From positions 64,001 to 128,000 of the forward strand of contig CAXXUA010000007.1 in the NCBI GenBank assembly GCA_963663765.2: DNA of 64,000 nucleotides, in the 5' to 3' direction. Source of the stretch: Candidatus Poribacteria bacterium. GTDB taxonomy: Bacteria > Poribacteria > WGA-4E > WGA-3G. Positions within the stretch are counted from its first letter, which is position 1. Each line of letters opens with the position of its first letter. Made by a program: the position numbers and the translations under genes. Below the pieces are notes generated by a model. It saw only the letters and a list, made by a program, of their open reading frames with translations. It was not told where the DNA came from and searched no databases. This document shows positions 61,212-64,000 of this stretch, in pieces.

Positions 61212-63488
61212 TTATCTGTTTTGGTTTCTTTTTTTGTGATTTAGATTACCTTCCTCGTCAACTGTGAATGTTGCCAAACCAACATCTTTAACTTGCATTT
61301 GAAGAACACCCACAGATTCAAAATTTATTTTTAGGTCGCCTGTATTATACGTGCTTCCAATTTCACCTTGTAGTCCGGAGGAACTACCTTGATGGCTAAC
61401 CCTATATAAATTATGTGATTTCTTAATCACATATCCATTAATCCGCAGCCAATTTTTCACTGCATCCGCTTCAGTTGTTGAGTCATTGTATTTCACTGCA
61501 CTTTTAGGCGGTAATAAGAACACATCATTGTTTTCACCTATATTTTTTAATATCAGTTTTGAGAGAGTCTGCTCCCAATCCCATAATAATATTGTTCCAT
61601 CCAGACTTCCACATGCAAGAATTTTACCATCATTTGCAAAATCCAACGTTGTAATCTTATCTGTATGACCAACTATTTTACCAAATTTCCATCCTGTGTC
61701 TATCCCCCATACTTGAGTATAAGGTTCCAAACTATATCCATCTATGCCATCTATGATGGAGAGAAGGAATTTTCCATCAGGAGAAAATACCAATCCATTT
61801 ACAATGTTGTTGTCTATAATTCTTCCGCGTTGTTTGATACCTGATGGAGTTACATCCCATAGGATGATTTCCTTATTTACAAGCGTGGCAAGGATTGTAC
61901 TATCTGGAGAAAACACCAACGTTTTAATATCTTTGATGTTAATTTCAGCTATATCTTCCATCGTCTTGGCATTTAACATATATGATTCGGCATAACCTCC
62001 ATAAATAAAGACATAATTCCCGTCAGGGGAGAAAGTGATTTTCCTATACCTAGAATACTCTATTTTGAAATTAAATATTTCCATTTTTGCGTTTATGTGC
62101 CAAAAGAACACCCCTTTTCGTTCATAATTTACAACAAGAATGTTGCTGTCAGGTGAGAAATTAACTGTATTCACAGTACCCTGAAAATCTGACCAAGGTC
62201 CTTGAAGTTCCAAACCAGAAAATAAATTCCATACTTTGAGATTGTTATTGCTAATGAACCGATTATTGTAAATAACTGCTATATGGGTATTATCTGAAGA
62301 TAATTCAACGGATCTTATTCTGTTTTCATCATTATCAGAAAACGTCAAAGTTTCTTTTAATGTATTTTCCTCCCAAACTTCAACAGAACCACTATGAGTA
62401 AGGCTTAATAGGTCGTTGTCAATATCAGAAAAGGTGACCGTTTTGACTGCGTCTATATGTCCTGCTGTGAAAGTAGAAATTGCTTTACCAGTGTGTGGAT
62501 TCCAAAATCTGATTGTACCATCGTAACATCCACTTGCCAATGTGTTTCCATCAGGTGAAAACGCGAGTGCACAGATTTCATCTGTATGCCCGTGAAGGGT
62601 CCAAATTTCTCTTGGATTTTCTGTATCCCAAATCTTAATGATACGATTAGTATCACCGCTGGCGAGAATTCTTCCATCCTTTGAAAAAGCGAGCGAACTA
62701 ATTTTTGATTCATGACCACTAAACTTTGCAAGATTCATCCTTTTATCAATATTCCATAGTCTGACAGTCCTATCATATCCGCCACTTGCAAGCATTTTCA
62801 CATCATTAGAGAAAGCCACTACGGAAATATCATAATCGGAAGATTGGAGTAATCCACTATGTCCTAAAAGTTTTGCGAGCTGTCTGTCAGTTGAAGCATT
62901 GAATATACGGATTCTCCCAGAACTTTCACCAATAGCATAAAAATTGTTTTTTTCAGAAAAAGTTGCGACATTATGGTAAGAGTAAATTCTGTTGTGAAGA
63001 TTTGGTAGTTTATCACCAGTATCAATGTTCCAACCTGCTATTCTTCCTTGCTTATCCAAACGCATGATTGTTTTCCCATTCTTTGAGAATGACAACGATG
63101 ATGCTCCGTTCCTATTTTTAATTAATGTTTTTATTAAGATTTTCCTATCATTCCCTATATCCCATAGTTGAATTTCTGGATTTGCATATCCTCCACTTGC
63201 GATCATCTTGCCATCTGTAGAAAAAGCTAAAGCGTTCACTTGTGCAGGATCTTCTGTAAACAATGCTGTCTCTTTTCCAGTAGCGACATCATGCAACCAC
63301 AAACCGATATCTGTCCCAACTGCAAGATGTTTACCATCTGGCGAAAATCGCAGGGTATTAATCCCACCTTTACCAAGTCGTGCGATTGCACCTTCAGGTA
63401 ATCCAACTTGTGTATTGTCTTGTCCGAAACAAACTGACTGCAATACAACAAACATAAAAGAAAAAATGAGTTTATACTTTGTTTTCAT
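61212..63488 (-). CDS. Secreted WD40-repeat protein with an extra C-terminal domain
   Basis: Same N-terminus as its neighbour; about 120 aa after the final LLWDW. Confidence 0.9.
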   Translation of the reverse strand: MKTKYKLIFSFMFVVLQSVCFGQDNTQVGLPEGAIARLGKGGINTLRFSPDGKHLAVGTDIGLWLHDVATGKETALFTEDPAQVNALAFSTDGKMIASGGYANPEIQLWDIGNDRKILIKTLIKNRNGASSLSFSKNGKTIMRLDKQGRIAGWNIDTGDKLPNLHNRIYSYHNVATFSEKNNFYAIGESSGRIRIFNASTDRQLAKLLGHSGLLQSSDYDISVVAFSNDVKMLASGGYDRTVRLWNIDKRMNLAKFSGHESKISSLAFSKDGRILASGDTNRIIKIWDTENPREIWTLHGHTDEICALAFSPDGNTLASGCYDGTIRFWNPHTGKAISTFTAGHIDAVKTVTFSDIDNDLLSLTHSGSVEVWEENTLKETLTFSDNDENRIRSVELSSDNTHIAVIYNNRFISNNNLKVWNLFSGLELQGPWSDFQGTVNTVNFSPDSNILVVNYERKGVFFWHINAKMEIFNFKIEYSRYRKITFSPDGNYVFIYGGYAESYMLNAKTMEDIAEINIKDIKTLVFSPDSTILATLVNKEIILWDVTPSGIKQRGRIIDNNIVNGLVFSPDGKFLLSIIDGIDGYSLEPYTQVWGIDTGWKFGKIVGHTDKITTLDFANDGKILACGSLDGTILLWDWEQTLSKLILKNIGENNDVFLLPPKSAVKYNDSTTEADAVKNWLRINGYVIKKSHNLYRVSHQGSSSGLQGEIGSTYNTGDLKINFESVGVLQMQVKDVGLATFTVDEEGNLNHKKRNQNR

Positions 63489-63491
63489 AAT

Positions 63492-64000
63492 TTAATTTCC
63501 TCTGTTTATTTTGTTTTTTGAAGTGATTTCTTCCCAATCCCATAGCATGATCGTTCCATCCCAACTTGCACTGGCAAGTATTTTCCCATCGTGAGAAAAT
63601 GATAATGACGTGATTCTTTCAGTATGTCCAGACAAAGTACAAATCTCATTACCAGATTGTACATCTAACAGTTGTATATATTCTTGAAAATCTATCAGCG
63701 ATAAATAAACCAATGTCTTATTATCGCGAGAAAAATTTAAAAACTTTACAAGTATGTCTGTTTCAAGTGTATTTCCCTCATCCAGCCCATCTGGAGTAAT
63801 ATGCCAGAGAACAATACTTTTTTGGAAGCCAATTGCCAATAGAGTTCCATCCGATGAAAATGCTACAGTTCTTGGATACTCCAACACAGGAAGAATTATC
63901 TCCTGTTGTGTTGTCAAGTTCCAAACTATAATATTTTTTATATTTTGGCACAAGACGAGAAGGTTACCATTTGGTGAAATCTTCAATTCATTCATAGGTG
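63492..64000 (-). CDS. WD40-repeat protein, C-terminal part (truncated by the window edge)
   Basis: GHTERITSLSFSHDGKILASASWDGTIMLWDW. Confidence 0.85.
   Translation of the reverse strand, partial: PMNELKISPNGNLLVLCQNIKNIIVWNLTTQQEIILPVLEYPRTVAFSSDGTLLAIGFQKSIVLWHITPDGLDEGNTLETDILVKFLNFSRDNKTLVYLSLIDFQEYIQLLDVQSGNEICTLSGHTERITSLSFSHDGKILASASWDGTIMLWDWEEITSKNKINRGN

Overview
AT-rich bacterial window whose gene content (WD40 and cadherin-repeat secreted proteins, LamG protein with a 'KAATTWGEIK' tail, several PhyH-type dioxygenases, Uma2 nuclease) resembles Candidatus Poribacteria. That assignment is inference only. Housekeeping and metabolic genes: rho-rpmE-prfA-prmC (prmC frameshifted), a three-gene Sdh1/type-F succinate dehydrogenase operon, GT3-type glycogen synthase and GH13_8-type branching enzyme, a LolA-like/ABC/beta-barrel operon, a Rieske/cytochrome b pair and ftsY. 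There are three transposase-bearing IS elements (IS5, IS701, IS630 families). Intergenic DNA is crowded with nested non-coding mobile repeats: GTAG-type REP palindromes, several MITE families (one matched to the resident IS701 ends), and an approximately 44-bp hairpin micro-element without terminal inverted repeats, present about 12 times, that inserts into the other repeats and into itself. This micro-element is the strongest candidate for an undescribed system. Other notable items are a HEPN/coiled-coil/RecJ-C-like fusion, an orphan ThsB-like TIR protein lacking its catalytic Glu, two sigma-54 promoters, and near-identical WD40 repeats with hypervariable codons. No rRNA, tRNA or CRISPR array was recognised.
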